Of a stretch of 64,000 bases of DNA, positions 49,168-62,155 are shown in pieces (position 1 is the first letter of the stretch; every line of letters starts with the position of its first letter). The notes under the pieces were generated by a model, which saw only the letters and a list, made by a program, of their open reading frames with translations, did not search any database and was not told the DNA's origin. The translations under genes were made by a program, and so were the position numbers. This DNA comes from Malacoraja senta (lineage: Eukaryota): positions 4,528,001-4,592,000 of the forward strand of contig CM075998.1 of NCBI GenBank assembly GCA_038087875.1, given 5' to 3'.

Positions 49168-49940
49168 AGATAGATAGATAGATAGAATCTTTATTTGCCA
49201 CACGACCAGGGTTGGTGGTATTTGGGTTCGGTACATGATGGTACACTGCTTTAGTCACATTAACACTAATAACAACACAGATCATAGTAATAAAGTGCAT
49301 CCATACCACATCACAAATCACAAATCTCACCAACAATACATAGTGCAAAAGAACAGACAAAAACCATAGACAAGACACTGTATACATCAAAGTCAAAAAG
49401 TTATTGGAGGGAATTAAGTGTTCTTATTGCTGAGGGGAAGAAACTGTTTTTAAAACGGGTGGATTTTGTAGCAAGTGACCTAAGGCGCCTCCCTGAAGGG
49501 AGAGACTGGAAAAGGTGGTTTGCTGGATGGGAGGGGTCCGAGATGATCTTTGTTGCCCGTTTTGAGGTACGTTGGAGGTAAATGGAATGGATTGAGGGGA
49601 GGGGAGAGTTGATGATCCTAGAGGCCTTGGAGACAATGCGCTGTATTCTGTGTAGTGAATGACTGTCAGTGTTTCCGTACCAGACTGTGATTGAGGAAGT
49701 GATGATGCTTTCAATGATGGATTGATAGAAGCGGACCAGGAGGTGTTTGTGGACTCTGAACTTTTTGAGCTGTCTGAGGAAGTATAGGCGTTGTCCTTTC
49801 TTAATGATGTGGTCAGCATTGATGTGCCATTTTAGATTATTGCAGATATAGGTGCCCAGAAACTTAAATAAGTTCGTGGAGGTTATGGGATGGGAGTTGA
49901 CATGGACCGGGGGTTTGAGGTTTTGTTGCATTCTAGGTCC
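49168..49940 (-). mobile_element. Rex1-like 3' end with (TATC)n tail, open C-terminal frame
   Basis: ORF 49401-49931: FKFLG..QRLYFLRQLKKF..IESIITSSITVWYG..DPSHP..LPSGRR..RFKNSFFP. Confidence 0.9.
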
Positions 49941-51464
49941 ACTACTTCACATGCACTCGAATGAGTTGTCAAATTCTATTCCAACTCCATCTGCAAGTTT
50001 GCAGATGACTCCACAGTAGTGAGCCAGATCTCAAACAACAACGAGGCAGAGTACAGGAAGGAGATGAAGAGCTTAGTGGCACGGTGGCTTCAATAACCTC
50101 TCCCTCAATGTCAACAAAATGAAGGAACTGTTCATTGATTTCAGGTGCTGAGGTGGCGATGGTCAAATGCTCGAAGATCTTGGGTGTAAAGGTCACCAAC
50201 AATTTGTCCTGACCCAGCCACTTTGACACTCTGGTCAGGAAAGCACACCAATGCCTCTACTTCCTCAGAAGGTTGAGGAAGTTCTGCATGTCCACAATGA
50301 CTCTTACCAACTTTTACAGATGCGCTGTAGAAAGCATTGTATTGGTATGTGTCGCAGCTTGATATATCAACTGCTCTTCCCAAGAATATAAGAAATTGTG
50401 GAGAGGTGAACACTGTCTAGTCCATCACACATAACCATCTACAATTCCTGCTGCCTCGGGAAGCAGCCAATATAATCAAGGACCACTCCCACCCTGGTCA
50501 TACCACCAAATTCAAAAACAGCTCTTTCCTGCTGTTCTCAATCTTGTGAACTATTCTCTCACATGCTAAGATGAATTCTTGATCTCCCAACCTACCTTGT
50601 TGTGGCCCTTGCACATTTTACCTGCACTTTCTTTGTAGTTGTAATACTATACTGCATTATTTTCCTGGTTTTGCACTACCTTTATATATGTACTTGTATT
50701 CTGGATGGAACACATTTTTTCAATGACATTAATAATAAAGAAATAATAAGACTTCATATATAGTAAGTGAACAAGTGGAGGTAAAATGTGTAAAGTATTG
50801 CCCAAGCAACCCAGAAAGGTAGCTTTCTTTTACCCTCTTGTCACTGTATATCATAGGATACCACGATTGTTACTGATGTTTTGTAGACAAATCATTAATA
50901 GATAACTATGAGACATTTGTGGACATGTGGACTGATCAAATAAATAGCAGTGTAGAAAAAAATTGTTTGTGTGGAAGTTATTACGGAAAATTTTATTCAA
51001 TTTCTGTCTTGTAAACTATCACTGGGAACAACTCGCATGAATTACTGTAATAGGCTGGTTAATGAAAGCATGCTGCCAGATTGTTGCTTTAAAAAACCCC
51101 ACAATCAATCTGTATAAAGGGACATAAAATAAGTCCAGAAAAGTCTAGAACTTTGTTTTAGTGCTGCTGAGATCATATTTGATGTATGTATGAACATTTA
51201 GTCTCGCAATTCAGTTCTTGCATGGATTCTAAGAGCCAGAACTGATCACAGAAATTTAAAAGTGCAATGTATTAGTGATGATTAATGAACTGTTTTCTCT
51301 CTTGAATTTGAAACTGAGGAATGTCATGATAAAAGTGGCCAAAATTTGACTGATTTGGGCACATTAAATCCAAGAGGCTTTGCAAACTGCAGAGATTAAG
51401 CAGAAATAACTCTTATTTACAAACAAGGGTAACAAAAGGAAACAAGAGGATTTTTTTGTTTAAA

Positions 51465-51880
51465 AGTTTAGCTTAGTTTAGATATATAGCGTGGAAACAG
51501 GCCCTTCGGTCCACCGAGTCCTCGCCAACCAGCGATCACCTGTGCTCTAGTTCTATGTCCAACATACTAAGGCAATCAGTCTGAAGAAGGGTCTCGACCC
51601 GAAACGTCGCCCATTCCTTCTCTCGAGATGCTGCCTGTTCCGCTGAGTTACACCAGCATTTTGTGTCTACCATACCAGGGACAATTTTTTTTACAGAACC
51701 AAATTAACCTACAAACCTCCTTCTTTGGAATGTGGGAAGAAACCTGAGCACCCGGAGAAAACCGATGCGATCTTCGGGAGAATGTACAAACTCCATACGG
51801 ACAGGTCCCGAAGTCGGGATCGGACCCAGGTCTCAGGCTCTGTAAGGCAGCAACTCTACCACTGTGCACCTTGCCGCCCA
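51465..51880 (-). mobile_element. HE1-like V-SINE with a Penelope-like insertion (51578-51670)
   Basis: SINE head GGCGGCAAGGTGCACAGTGGTAGAGTTGCTGCC on minus; insert CAGTCTGAAGAAGGGTCTCGACCCGAAACGTCGCC on plus. Confidence 0.85.
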
Positions 51881-52964
51881 CAAACATTAAAGAAATAACT
51901 TATTTCTTTACAGCATTACAAACCTTAATGAGTTTGAAGAAACACCAAGATTTTTTTTAAATTTAACCAGCAAAATAATATGCTCTATAAATATAATCAT
52001 TCCATTCACTTTGAAATATCTATTTGCTTTTGATATGTGGATTTAAAGGTTGGTTTTGAGAGCAATTAATTTGCATGATTGTATGATAGTTGGTGTTAAA
52101 ACAGGAAATACTTTTGTTTTTCTTGTTTCATGTTTTCCTTCTCCATGTTACTGGAGTGTACTTAGAATGTCTTCAATACTGTGAAGTAAACAGTATGACA
52201 TCTGTTAGTTTGAAATGGAAAATATAATCTTGGAACATTTTATTTTCCAGAAACGTCTCTGAACTTACTATTTATAAAAAAAAGAAACACACAACCTACC
52301 CTGCAGCATCTATTTTATTTTTGTGCTGATTGAAATGTTTGTCATTGGTGGTAAAGGAATACTTTCTTTATTTAGGTAACATCAAACACGTTTGTTATGT
52401 AGCTTGGTGCAGATAAATAGAATCGCTCGTCAGTTTTTTTTCCCCCCAGATAACGTTACTTTAACCATGTCTAGCAGAATATACCAGTTTGATATTGTTA
52501 TTTCTCACGCCAGCCATTCTTGTGGTTTTTGGGAAAGATTGTTAGTTTGTATGACCTGTGGGCAGTTTTGTCCATAGGCTTGCAAACCTAGCTCTAAATT
52601 CGGAACGGGATAGGAATCAAACCTTCTTTTAATCTATATCCCAAATGTGGAAGGAAAATAAAGGTGGATTGATGTTGCCGATCTGCCAGTAATCCACTGC
52701 TTTTTTTTCCATTTAAACTCTCCAGTGATGTCAAAAGCAAAGAAAGTGAAATATAAGCTATATTTTTGCGCTTTTTACGAGCCTCGTATATCTTTGCGTT
52801 TCTCTAACCCTTGAACATCCCTGACTTTTATTGTTCATCCAGGCATACTTTCAACTGCCCAACTCCTAAGCTCTATATTTCCCTCGTTAAGTTCTTCACA
52901 TCTCTTTGTTTAAGATGATCCTTTAAACCTTCCCCTTTGAATTGTCATTTTGGTTATCTGCCTC

Positions 52965-53725
52965 AATGATGTCACAGTATATAGGATGATAAAGAAGACG
53001 TTTGGTACATTGGCCTTCATCAGCAGGGTATTGACTATAGATATTGGGATGTTACAGTTGTACAACACATTAGTGTGGCCACATTTAGTGTATCGTGTTT
53101 AGTTTTGGTCATCCTGCCAGAGGAAGGATGTTGTTAAGCTGGGAAGAGTGTAGAGAAGATCTACAAGAATGTTGCCAGCACCTGAAGGGCTATGCTGTAG
53201 GGAGAGGTTGAGCAGGCTTGAACCTTATTCCTTTGAACACTGGAGGCAGAGGTGTATAAAATCATGAGGGGAATGCACAGAGTCTTTTATCCATGGAGGG
53301 GAATCAAAAACCAGAGGCCATGAGTTTAAGGTGAGAGGGGCAAGATTTAATAAGAACCTGAGGGGCTACGTTTTCACTCGGAGGGTGGTGGATACTTGGG
53401 ACGAGCTGCAGGAGGTAGATGAGGCAGACAATATAACAACATTTAAAAGACACCTCATCAGGTACATGTTTAAGAAAGAACTGCAGATGCTGGAAAAATC
53501 GAAGGTAGACAAAATGCTGGGGAAACTCAGCGGGTGAGGCAGCATCTATGGAGCGAAGGAATAGGCGACGTTTCGGGTCGAGACCCTTCTTCAGACTGAC
53601 CACATTTCGGGTCGAGACCCTTCTTCAGAAGAACAGGGTCTGAAGAATGTAGTATTGGGAAGAACAACCTGGACAAGTTGGGCCAAAGGGTCTGTTTCTG
53701 TCCTCTATGACTACGAGTCACTATG
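52965..53725 (+). mobile_element. Old CR1 3' portion with a Penelope-like insertion (53467-53650, minus)
   Basis: GAGGCCATGAGTTTAAGGTGAGAGGGG; insert with two GGGTCGAGACCCTTCTTCAGA copies. Confidence 0.8.
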
Positions 53726-54042
53726 TCTAGTTTTCTGATTATAGAAAGCTGATTTTTGGACAGTCAGCTGAAAATTTCTTGTTTGATCCTGAATACCATG
53801 AACGCAATTTCAGTTTGGAGCAGGATAAACTGACTAGCCCTCAGGATTCATTTGGTATGGAGGTTCTCATTTGAATGCTGTAACATCCCAGATTGTTCAG
53901 CTCCATCGTGTTGACTGAGAATGTCGATCAGACTGTATATAAAGTTATTTAACCTGCTAACCAGATAAGAACTCTCCATTGAACAAGTGAGCTATTAAGA
54001 GCTATTGAGTATCCATTAAAATCTACCCCAACTTACTACATT

Positions 54043-54263
54043 GTTCAAGAAGGAACTGCAGACGCTGGAAAATCGAAGGTAGAGAAAAGTGCTGGAGAAA
54101 CTCAGCGGGTGCGGCAGCATCTATGGAGCGAAGGAAATAGGCAATGTTTCGGGCCGAAATCCTTCTTCAGTCTGAAGAAGGGTTTCGGCCCAAAACGTTG
54201 CCTATTTCCTTCGCTCCATAGATGCTGCAGCACCCGCTGAGTTTCTCCAGCACTTTTGTCTAC
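54043..54263. mobile_element. Penelope-like inverted terminus pair
   Basis: 92-bp arms 54079-54170 and 54172-54263 around one T, few mismatches. Confidence 0.9.
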
Positions 54264-54289
54264 TAAATAATACAAGTGTCTTGAGAAAA

Positions 54290-54590
54290 TCACAAAGTGC
54301 TGGAGGAACTCAGTGGGTTAGGCAATGTCTGTGGAGGAAATAGACAGTTGTTGTTTCAGGTCAGGACCCTGCTTCAGACTGATTGAGTAATAGAGGGGGG
54401 GGGGGGAAGAGGTGGAGGCAGGACAAAGCCTGGCAAGTGATAGGTGGATAGACACAAAATGCTGGAGTAACTCAGCGGGTTCGGGAGAGTGGGGTAAAAA
54501 AACTGTGATAGATGGATACAGGTGAGGGGAGTTTTGATTGGCAGATGGGTTGGAGATGTGGCTGGAGATGAAAAGGAGACAAAGTTCCTT
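54290..54590 (-). mobile_element. Penelope-like pseudo-LTR fragment
   Basis: GTGCTGGAGGAACTCAG...GTTTCAGGTCAGGACCCTGCTTCAGACTGA followed by purine-rich sequence. Confidence 0.65.
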
Positions 54591-55644
54591 GCTTGGTTTC
54601 AGGGCGTTATCACTCTACCAAACATTTTCAAGCTCATGACCTAAGAACTATATCTTTTTGAACTGATGGATCTCAATAACACACTCTGCAGAAATGCTAT
54701 TCCAGTGGCTCAATGTGCCATTATTAGAAGGATGTTAAATAAAGCTTAATCTATGTAGATCGGCATATCAGATGAGAGTTATATTTTGAAAGTTCTCAAA
54801 TAAGAAACAACAGTCTTGCTCAATGGATTAAATAAACCCTGAGTAAGAAAGCATAGGGGTTTTATCTGCTTTGCTTTCCCCCCCAAATAATTGAAATTCC
54901 AACTAGTTTTGAATTAAAGCAGTTGAAATCTTGTAAAATAATGTGGTCAGACTTGCTCAAATTTGGGCAGTATGCCCAGGAGACTGGCAGACAGCCATAG
55001 ATCTCAATGATGCATGCTTTCAAATGGTTGTCTGCCAAAAGACAAAATTGAGTTTCTATGTCTGAGGGGGAAAAAAATCCCAATATTAGGTTCTTCCTTT
55101 TCTCCTTGTATTAATCTCACAATGTTTATAAGTATGTTATCCTTTGATTTAAGCACTGTTTATCCACAGTGTGTGTTTGCTTTTCATTTTTATTTGTCAA
55201 AACTCCATTCTAGGAAGATGCACCTTCACAGCACACTTAGCTATGCCTAGTTATTTTGAGGTATTCTTCAGTTGTGCTTTTTTCCCCAGTTGACCTATTT
55301 CTCCCATTTACCACCTGATAATAATAAACTTTCAGCAGAACAATATGTACAAACATTTTGGTCTGATAGCATGGCTATTTTACTGTTGCTGGATGCAGGA
55401 TTCTTGACATCTCTGTGATTCAAGCTTTTGTCCACAAGCCACTTGCCAATGCAGAATTAAGTAATTTTAAACCAGATGTTGCCCTTGATTTTGGGTTTGT
55501 TAGCCCAGGAGCAAACCTTGGGTAGGATTGAACTTCCTAATTCTACCACAATTACTCAAATTCTTAACCTGCTTCTGTAATTAAGTTTGACGGCTGTATT
55601 CGGGGAAACTGGACTTCATTCGTCCAGATATTGCATCAAAATAT

Positions 55645-56330
55645 TGGTCATGGTTTATCATTGTCACGTGCACTGAGATAGTGTGAAGAACTATCCAGGC
55701 AAATCATATCGTACGTGAGAACATCAGGCAATGCAAAAAAGGGAAACTGCAGATTTAAAAAAATGCAAGGGCCACAATGATGTAGGTTGGAAGATCGGGA
55801 TTTCATTTGAGCTCTTTTCAAGAGTCTGATAACAGCACGTAAGAAGCTGTACCTGAATCTGCTGGTACATCCTTCCAAGCTTTTGTGTGTTTTGCCCAAC
55901 AGGAGAGGGCCGATGACGGAATGGCTGGGGTCTGAGCAGTTCTTGACTATGTTGGCTACATTCGCCAGGCAGCTTGAACTGTAGATGGAGTCCATGGTGG
56001 CGGAGGCTGGTGTGTGTGTAGGACTGGGCTACGTTCACAACTCTTTGCTCTTTCCCCTGGTTTTGGGCAGAGGAGTTGCCATACCAAGCTGTGATGCATC
56101 CAGATGGAATGCTTTCTATGGTGCATCTGTTGAAATTGGTAAGAGTCATTGGACATGTACCAGGTTGCCGCAGGTTTCTTGGGAAGTAGTAGTATTAGTG
56201 TGCTTTCTTGGCCATAGAGTCAATGTGGTTGGTCCAGGAAAAATCATTGGTGATATTCAGACTTATGAACTTGAAGCTCTCAACCATCTCTAATAGGGCC
56301 TGTACTCCACCCTGCTTCCTGAAGTCTAAA
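55645..56330 (-). mobile_element. Rex1/Babar-like LINE 3' portion
   Basis: TLTNFNRCTIESIPSGCITAWYGN; DPSHS..TSRFRYSF. Confidence 0.85.
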
Positions 56331-58815
56331 ACTGTATTTGAGTGTCGTAAGCTCTGTGCTACAATCACTTTAGTCTTTTCATAAACCAGGATTTTTTTTG
56401 AGCAGTCCTTAATTTCCTGAGTACAATCCTTTATCTTTGCTTCAAATCTATATCTTAAAAAATGTATATTTTACCTTTATACAATTTTGCACTATCATAT
56501 AGAAACAGCTAAGCTGTAACTAATCTTAGTAAATGGGAATGAAAGATTGTCATAGAAAACTGTAATTGAACTATGCACTGCCCTTAAAGCAAAGATGGTT
56601 TGTGTACAGTTTAGTACATTCCCACCTGGGGTAAAAGTAGGGGAACCAAAACTAGGCACACCTGGATATTGAAAGAAAGATGAAGCAAAATAAAAGGGGC
56701 GTATGACAGATGTCAGGTTGATAATCCAAGAGAGAATTAGGCTGAATATGTTTTACTTGGTATTCAGGTACCAATATCCTTGATGATACTGATTCACTGT
56801 GCTTAAATTCTTGCAAAATGCATACAAAAAAATTTGCATGGACACAAACAGAGGGTACAAATTCTGCCCTGGCCTGAGGTTTTTCTTTTGGTGTGGGACG
56901 GCGAGTAGTGATGGAAACCAAGAAAGAATACTTGATTGGAATGTTAAATCTCCATGTAGATTTTTAAAATATTTTAAATTCTGCAAACTGCCTAACTGTA
57001 CTCTTCAGAAACTTGGCTCAAACCCAGTAGTTCTTCATTTTAAACAGACACGAGATTGGTTAGAAATATCAGCCAACGGGGAGAAAAGTAAATGGCCAAA
57101 AAAGGACAGCAAGCACTTCTAAAATTCTGCTTTGCAGAAAATGTCACTTTGCAATTTACCTAGTCCGAAATTGACGATTAGCATTTTGACTGTAAACTCA
57201 ACATGGTAAACTAAACATGGACTAAAATAATTTTTGAAAAAAAGAATTGAGTCTTCCATTGCATTTCCGACTATTTTCCGAAAGATATTTCACATTTTGT
57301 GCAATGGTTGCACTAACATTTCAAAATGAATAATATGTATAATCCAATTTGCTCAATGATCAAAAATATTTAGATTTCATCCTCTGGCAATTTTGGCAGC
57401 TATTCTATTTTGAAAAAGAGGAGAGATTTTGAAGCTGTGCTGATTGATGAGTATTACCATATTTTTTCCTTTTACATTGTGTGTGATTACAGTGCTTTTT
57501 TATCAAAGTCACTGAATAGATTTTCTCAATCGAGAACTTGTTTGAACCAATCTGATCTAATCACTTATGGAATTTTGTGTTTTTTATAAACTTGACATTT
57601 GCAACCAATATTTAGATATAATACTTGGCAGTGCATTTTTCAGCATTGTGCATGTAAAAATGAATGTTACCCAAATACGGAGCAATTTGCAGTCTATTGA
57701 GTCAATTGGTGGCATTCTCAAAATTTAACCAGGTGCTTTTGTCCATGTTGTCTGAAAGTCAGCAGTGAGGAGGAGGGGATGGGGGGTGGTAGGGAAATAT
57801 TGAACACACAAGGTGAACGAGTAGTGTCTTCCTCCTCCAACCAGACGGACTGAGATTCTAATCCATTGTGACCAGACCACATTGCCATCTCCTTCGATGT
57901 TGAGATCCAGCATGCAAGGTAGCTGACAGACCTCACCTCACAGAAGTTCGGTCACTATTATTCAGCCTTGTCTGAGTTGGATCTTGGTTCATTCTCAGCT
58001 GCATTCTGCTTGTGAAATGTTTGAAGCCAAGGGTAGAGCATCTCTCTGTTCCTGAAGACCAGCAACATGGTCAAAGTTAGCATGCCTTTATGGAGAGCAG
58101 CAGCCTGTTCAAGAATAGTATCCCTATTCAACGAGGGGGAATCCTATGGCTGACAAATATGATCTTGCCATTCGAAAAGAGTAGCAACCTGTTTCCCAGG
58201 TGGCACAGACATTAGCTCCACCTCCACCTGAGACTGCTCTGAGCCAGGAAGACTTCAAGTGTCCTCCACCTGTGTTTTATGGCAGCGGCCACTGTGTAAT
58301 GGTATTGGTGCTGACCTCTTGTAAAGAAGTGTGTGTCACCTCCAGAATGAAAACAATGCTTTTCTGCCTCCACACAAGCTCTTGAGAAGGGAGATAGACT
58401 CTGCCAAGCTGGTTGCCATCAAGGTTCGGTCAGGCAAGCCTGACATTACATCAACCGTCTCCATGTGCATCCATACCAGCCTTCTCACTAAACTGTCCCA
58501 ATTGTAGTGTTCCTTCAAGTCCTCCTAACCAGCATAAATGCATGGACTTCCAAACTCTTAGGTGAATCTCCTCATATGGGTTGCCCACGCCTCATAGCTG
58601 ACTGCAGCTCACTATTGCCCAATGACATTAACTGTGTAATCTGCATCTCTCTCCCAGTATCAGAGGTTAATATATGCAGCATAAAAAATAATGAATAATT
58701 CATGATGCTGTATGTGCGGCTGCTGGTCTTTCTTGTTATCTTGTCTTCATGCTACATTCCAATTGCTGGTCAATCTTTTTCAAACTACATGAAGCTGTGT
58801 GTCGATCACATTGTA

Positions 58816-60561
58816 TAGCGTTGTTACAAAACCTACCATCAGTGGATCTGCAGATCTGCCTGCTGCCTGGGCGTGCGATTCCGGAGGCTTTGGGGGGGGG
58901 GGATTAAAATGCAGGTTTGTATTGGTTGTCAGAGAGGAATTTGCTCGGACTGCTAGCTGATGAAGAAAATTTGTTCTGCGATCCCGCTCCCGTGTAAAAA
59001 AAAAAAAATTAATTTTAAAAAGTTGCTGGTCGATTGCATCGCTGGATTGAAGTTAAACGCGACTAAAAACGCCTTCAACATCACGGATCGCAAGTGCAGG
59101 ACAAAACAAAAGGTATGTCGTTTATTTAACATATTTTCTTTCTTTTTGCTGTGGCTTCATTTTAATCTGCTGATGCGAAAAATGTTATTTAGGCCCCGAT
59201 ACGAATCGGCCGTGCCTTGCCTGCTGATAGGGGCAGCGGCCACATCCCAATCGATCACAATCCAGAAACATCCACTCTCAAGATAATCAAATTCATAATT
59301 TTTTTGCACAATCATGTCATAAGAACATCTAAATCATCTATATTTTGTGTTATTGTCTATCCATGATAAATGTTTTCATACTAAATATCCCCAATACAGT
59401 TTTAGTCAGATGTATTGTGCAAAAAATAATGATTTTGATTATCTTGAGAGTGGATGTTTCTGGATTAATTTATGAGAATTAAACATTAAATTCCTTCCAT
59501 TTGGCATATAAATTCATGACAAAGTGAGATTTAAAAATCATGTTTTATTGTGAATTCTTGTGTGAATGGGATCAGTTTGTTATTTGGATACTTTGGCTAT
59601 TTAAAATGTTTAGCCTTTTCTTAAGAAATGGACAGATGTTTAGATCTAGTAATTGAATTTAGATGAATTTAATTGATTATATTAATTTAATTGATTTGAT
59701 GAAACTGATGAATATGAATTTTCTGTTGGGTATTTACTATTTGTTTTAACGTTTAACTTTATCATTTTTTTTTCTAAAACTGCAAATAATAACTTGTTTC
59801 TGTTAATGCTGTTCAGTGTTTCTTTATATTTTAAACAGATGTCTCCGGAGAAGAAATGCAAAATTGTCAATCCAAATGCCCAGCCTGGCATAGCTAGAGT
59901 TCACCTTGAAGTGAATTTCTCTGTCATGCCCGAGTCAAAGAGGGATCTAAAAAATGGACACATCTTGTACTTGTATACCTCGTTTGGAAAAAGTCTGTCT
60001 GACTCGGTGGGCTGAAGGGCCTGTACCATAAAGACCTGGTCTTTTGCTAGAAATTGTAATTTCTTTACCTGTCTGTTACGGACTTACGGATAATACAATA
60101 ATATTAAAATTCTGATCTTGAGAATATCACATTTTTGAATTTTCAAGTCAATCTGTCTGGGTGTTTATTACTATTTCCGTCACAACGGTCAATTTTGTAA
60201 TTAGCTGCAATTAGGTAACTAACTAATTATATGCTTTAATTTCAGGTCATCCAAGTAAGATGTTTCATATTTGTTTCAGAATGCTTCAATCTATAATAAC
60301 TGAAAATTTCATTCAGTTCTCTTAATTTTTAAGAAAGCTTTGGGCTTTTGACTGTCTTCGATCACAGCTTTTGTGTTATGTCGATGGAAAAGCAATAGGG
60401 AACAAGATGCTAATTCCCGAGTATGAAAATGACCATAACGTTTTTAATACTGAAGATATGAAAGTGAATTAGGTATCAAATGAAAGTTCTTTTTATGTTT
60501 TATCTGATGGGATAAATTACAGGCTTGATTTTTAAAATCTCAAAATATTGTGACATTCCTA
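58816..60561 (+). mobile_element. Non-autonomous DNA transposon, copy 2 (same family as 83-1631)
   Basis: Termini TAGCGTTGTTACAAAA / ATATTGTGACATTCCTA; long similarity to copy 1 over 58816-59631 and 60026-60561. Confidence 0.85.
59839..60000 (+). pseudogene. Probable N-terminal remnant of the transposon ORF
   Basis: Acceptor TTTTAAACAG then ATG: MSPEKKCKIVNPNAQPGIARVHLEVNFSVMPESKRDLKNGHILYLYTSFGKSLS. Confidence 0.5.
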
Positions 60562-60699
60562 CTCTGTGTGTGTGTGTGTGTTGAATGAATGCATGTTAGG
60601 GTGTCTGTGTTAAACTTATTATTGTGCACATACAGCAATTGATTAGGAGGGTGAATAGTATTTTGGCCATTATTGCAAGAGGTAAGAGTAACGGAGTCT

Positions 60700-61332
60700 T
60701 ATTTCATAGCAAAAGGATTTGAGTATAGGAGCAGGGAGGTTCTACTGCAGTTGTACGGGGTCTTGGTGAGACCACACCTGGAGTATTGCGCACAGTTTTG
60801 GTCTCCTAATCTAAGGAAAGACATTCTTGCCATAGAGGGAGTGCAGAGAAGGTTCACCAGACTGATTCCTGGGATGTCAGGACTTTCATATGAAGAAAGA
60901 CTGGATAGATTTGGCTTGTACTCGCTAGAATTTAGAAGATTGAGGGGGGATCTTATAGAAACTTACAAAATTCTTATGGGGTTGGACAGGCTAGCTGCAG
61001 GAAGATTGTTCCCAATGTTGGGGAAGTCCAGAACAAGGGGTCACAGTTTAAGGATAAGGGGGAAGTCTTTTAGGACCGAGATGAGAAAAAAAAATTCACA
61101 CAGAGTGGTGAATCTGTGGAATTCTCTGCCACAGAAGGTAGTTGAGGCCAGTTCATTGGCTATATTTAAGAGGGAGTTAGATGTGGCCCTTGTGGCTAAA
61201 GGGATCAGGGGGTATGGAGAGAAGGCAGGTACAGGATACTGAGTTGGATGATCAGCCATGATCATATTGAATGGCGGTGCAGGCTCGAAGGGCCGAATGG
61301 CCTACTCCTGCACCTGTTTTCTATGTTTCTAT
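60700..61332 (+). mobile_element. Young CR1 3' fragment
   Basis: ORF 60673-61242 FIAKGFEYRSREVLLQLY...GYGEKAGTGY*. Confidence 0.95.
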
Positions 61333-62103
61333 TTCACATTGATGTGATTCTTAAAGAATTGCATACAAACTTTGATATCCTTGCCCAATCATTTAAATCA
61401 TTATTACAGCTGCAATAGTCCCAGGCACTAATACTTGTCACCCATTGAAAATGGCAAATTTATGCCTGCTCTCTATCCATTAACCAACCTTCCATCCATG
61501 CCAATATCTTCCCTATTCTCATAAATCCTAACTTTGTTTAACAACTTCTTGAATGTGTTGTAACAATCCAAATATATTGTATCCTTAAATTCCACTTTAA
61601 CCACCCTAAAAAAAAACCCTCTAGATTTGTCAAACACAATTTCCCGTTCATAAAACAACATTGACTCTGCATAATTGCAAGGGTGTCTGGAATCTAACGC
61701 ATGACCTTGCAAATCAATCATTATATTTGTAAATTCAAGACAATTATCTTAAAGGAAAGGCATCTAGGCATTGACCTGGGCCCTGAAATATGAGAAATTA
61801 ACTTACTTAATTGATAAAGCAACTTTACAAGAAGCTACAAGTGTCTGATAGAGATTATGTTATCAGGTAAGAATCACAAATTGGCTCTGGATCCTAGACT
61901 ACTGTTTCGAACAGCACAAGTGATTTGCTGTTATTAATTAGTGAAGTCACTTGAAATTCCATTTCCCCTAAGTCTACATGATGATTGTATGTATAAGCAC
62001 TTTCTAGACAGCAACAGCTAAACTTCCAAGAGCTCCATCCTAATAAAACAATAAATCTCTGTCTTCCCTAATCTTTAGGTTTAATTGGAATTTTTTTCTT
62101 CAG

Positions 62104-62155
62104 GAGCATGACTGGATACTTTCAAAAAGTTTTTAAACCGCGGGAAAATAATCAG
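62104..62155 (+). other. Candidate small exon
   Basis: CTAAT branch-like site, TTTTTTTCTTCAG acceptor, CAG|GTAGTT donor; ATG at 62108 open to the donor (MTGYFQKVFKPRENNQ). Confidence 0.35.

Larger units (their letters stand above)
48205..50730 (+). mobile_element. Rex1/Babar-like LINE interrupted by two opposite-strand Rex1-like insertions
   Basis: [22 protein letters not shown]; resumes at 49965 with NSICKFADD and QCLYFLRRLRKF. Confidence 0.85.

Noticed and set aside
2185..54263. Recurrent ~30-bp hairpin repeat as a CRISPR array or bacterial REP
   Set aside because: Copies are dispersed rather than regularly spaced, in eukaryotic context with no cas genes; explained by Penelope-like termini
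56652..57122. Overlapping 77-107-aa ORFs in unique sequence
   Set aside because: No recognisable homology and weak splice signals
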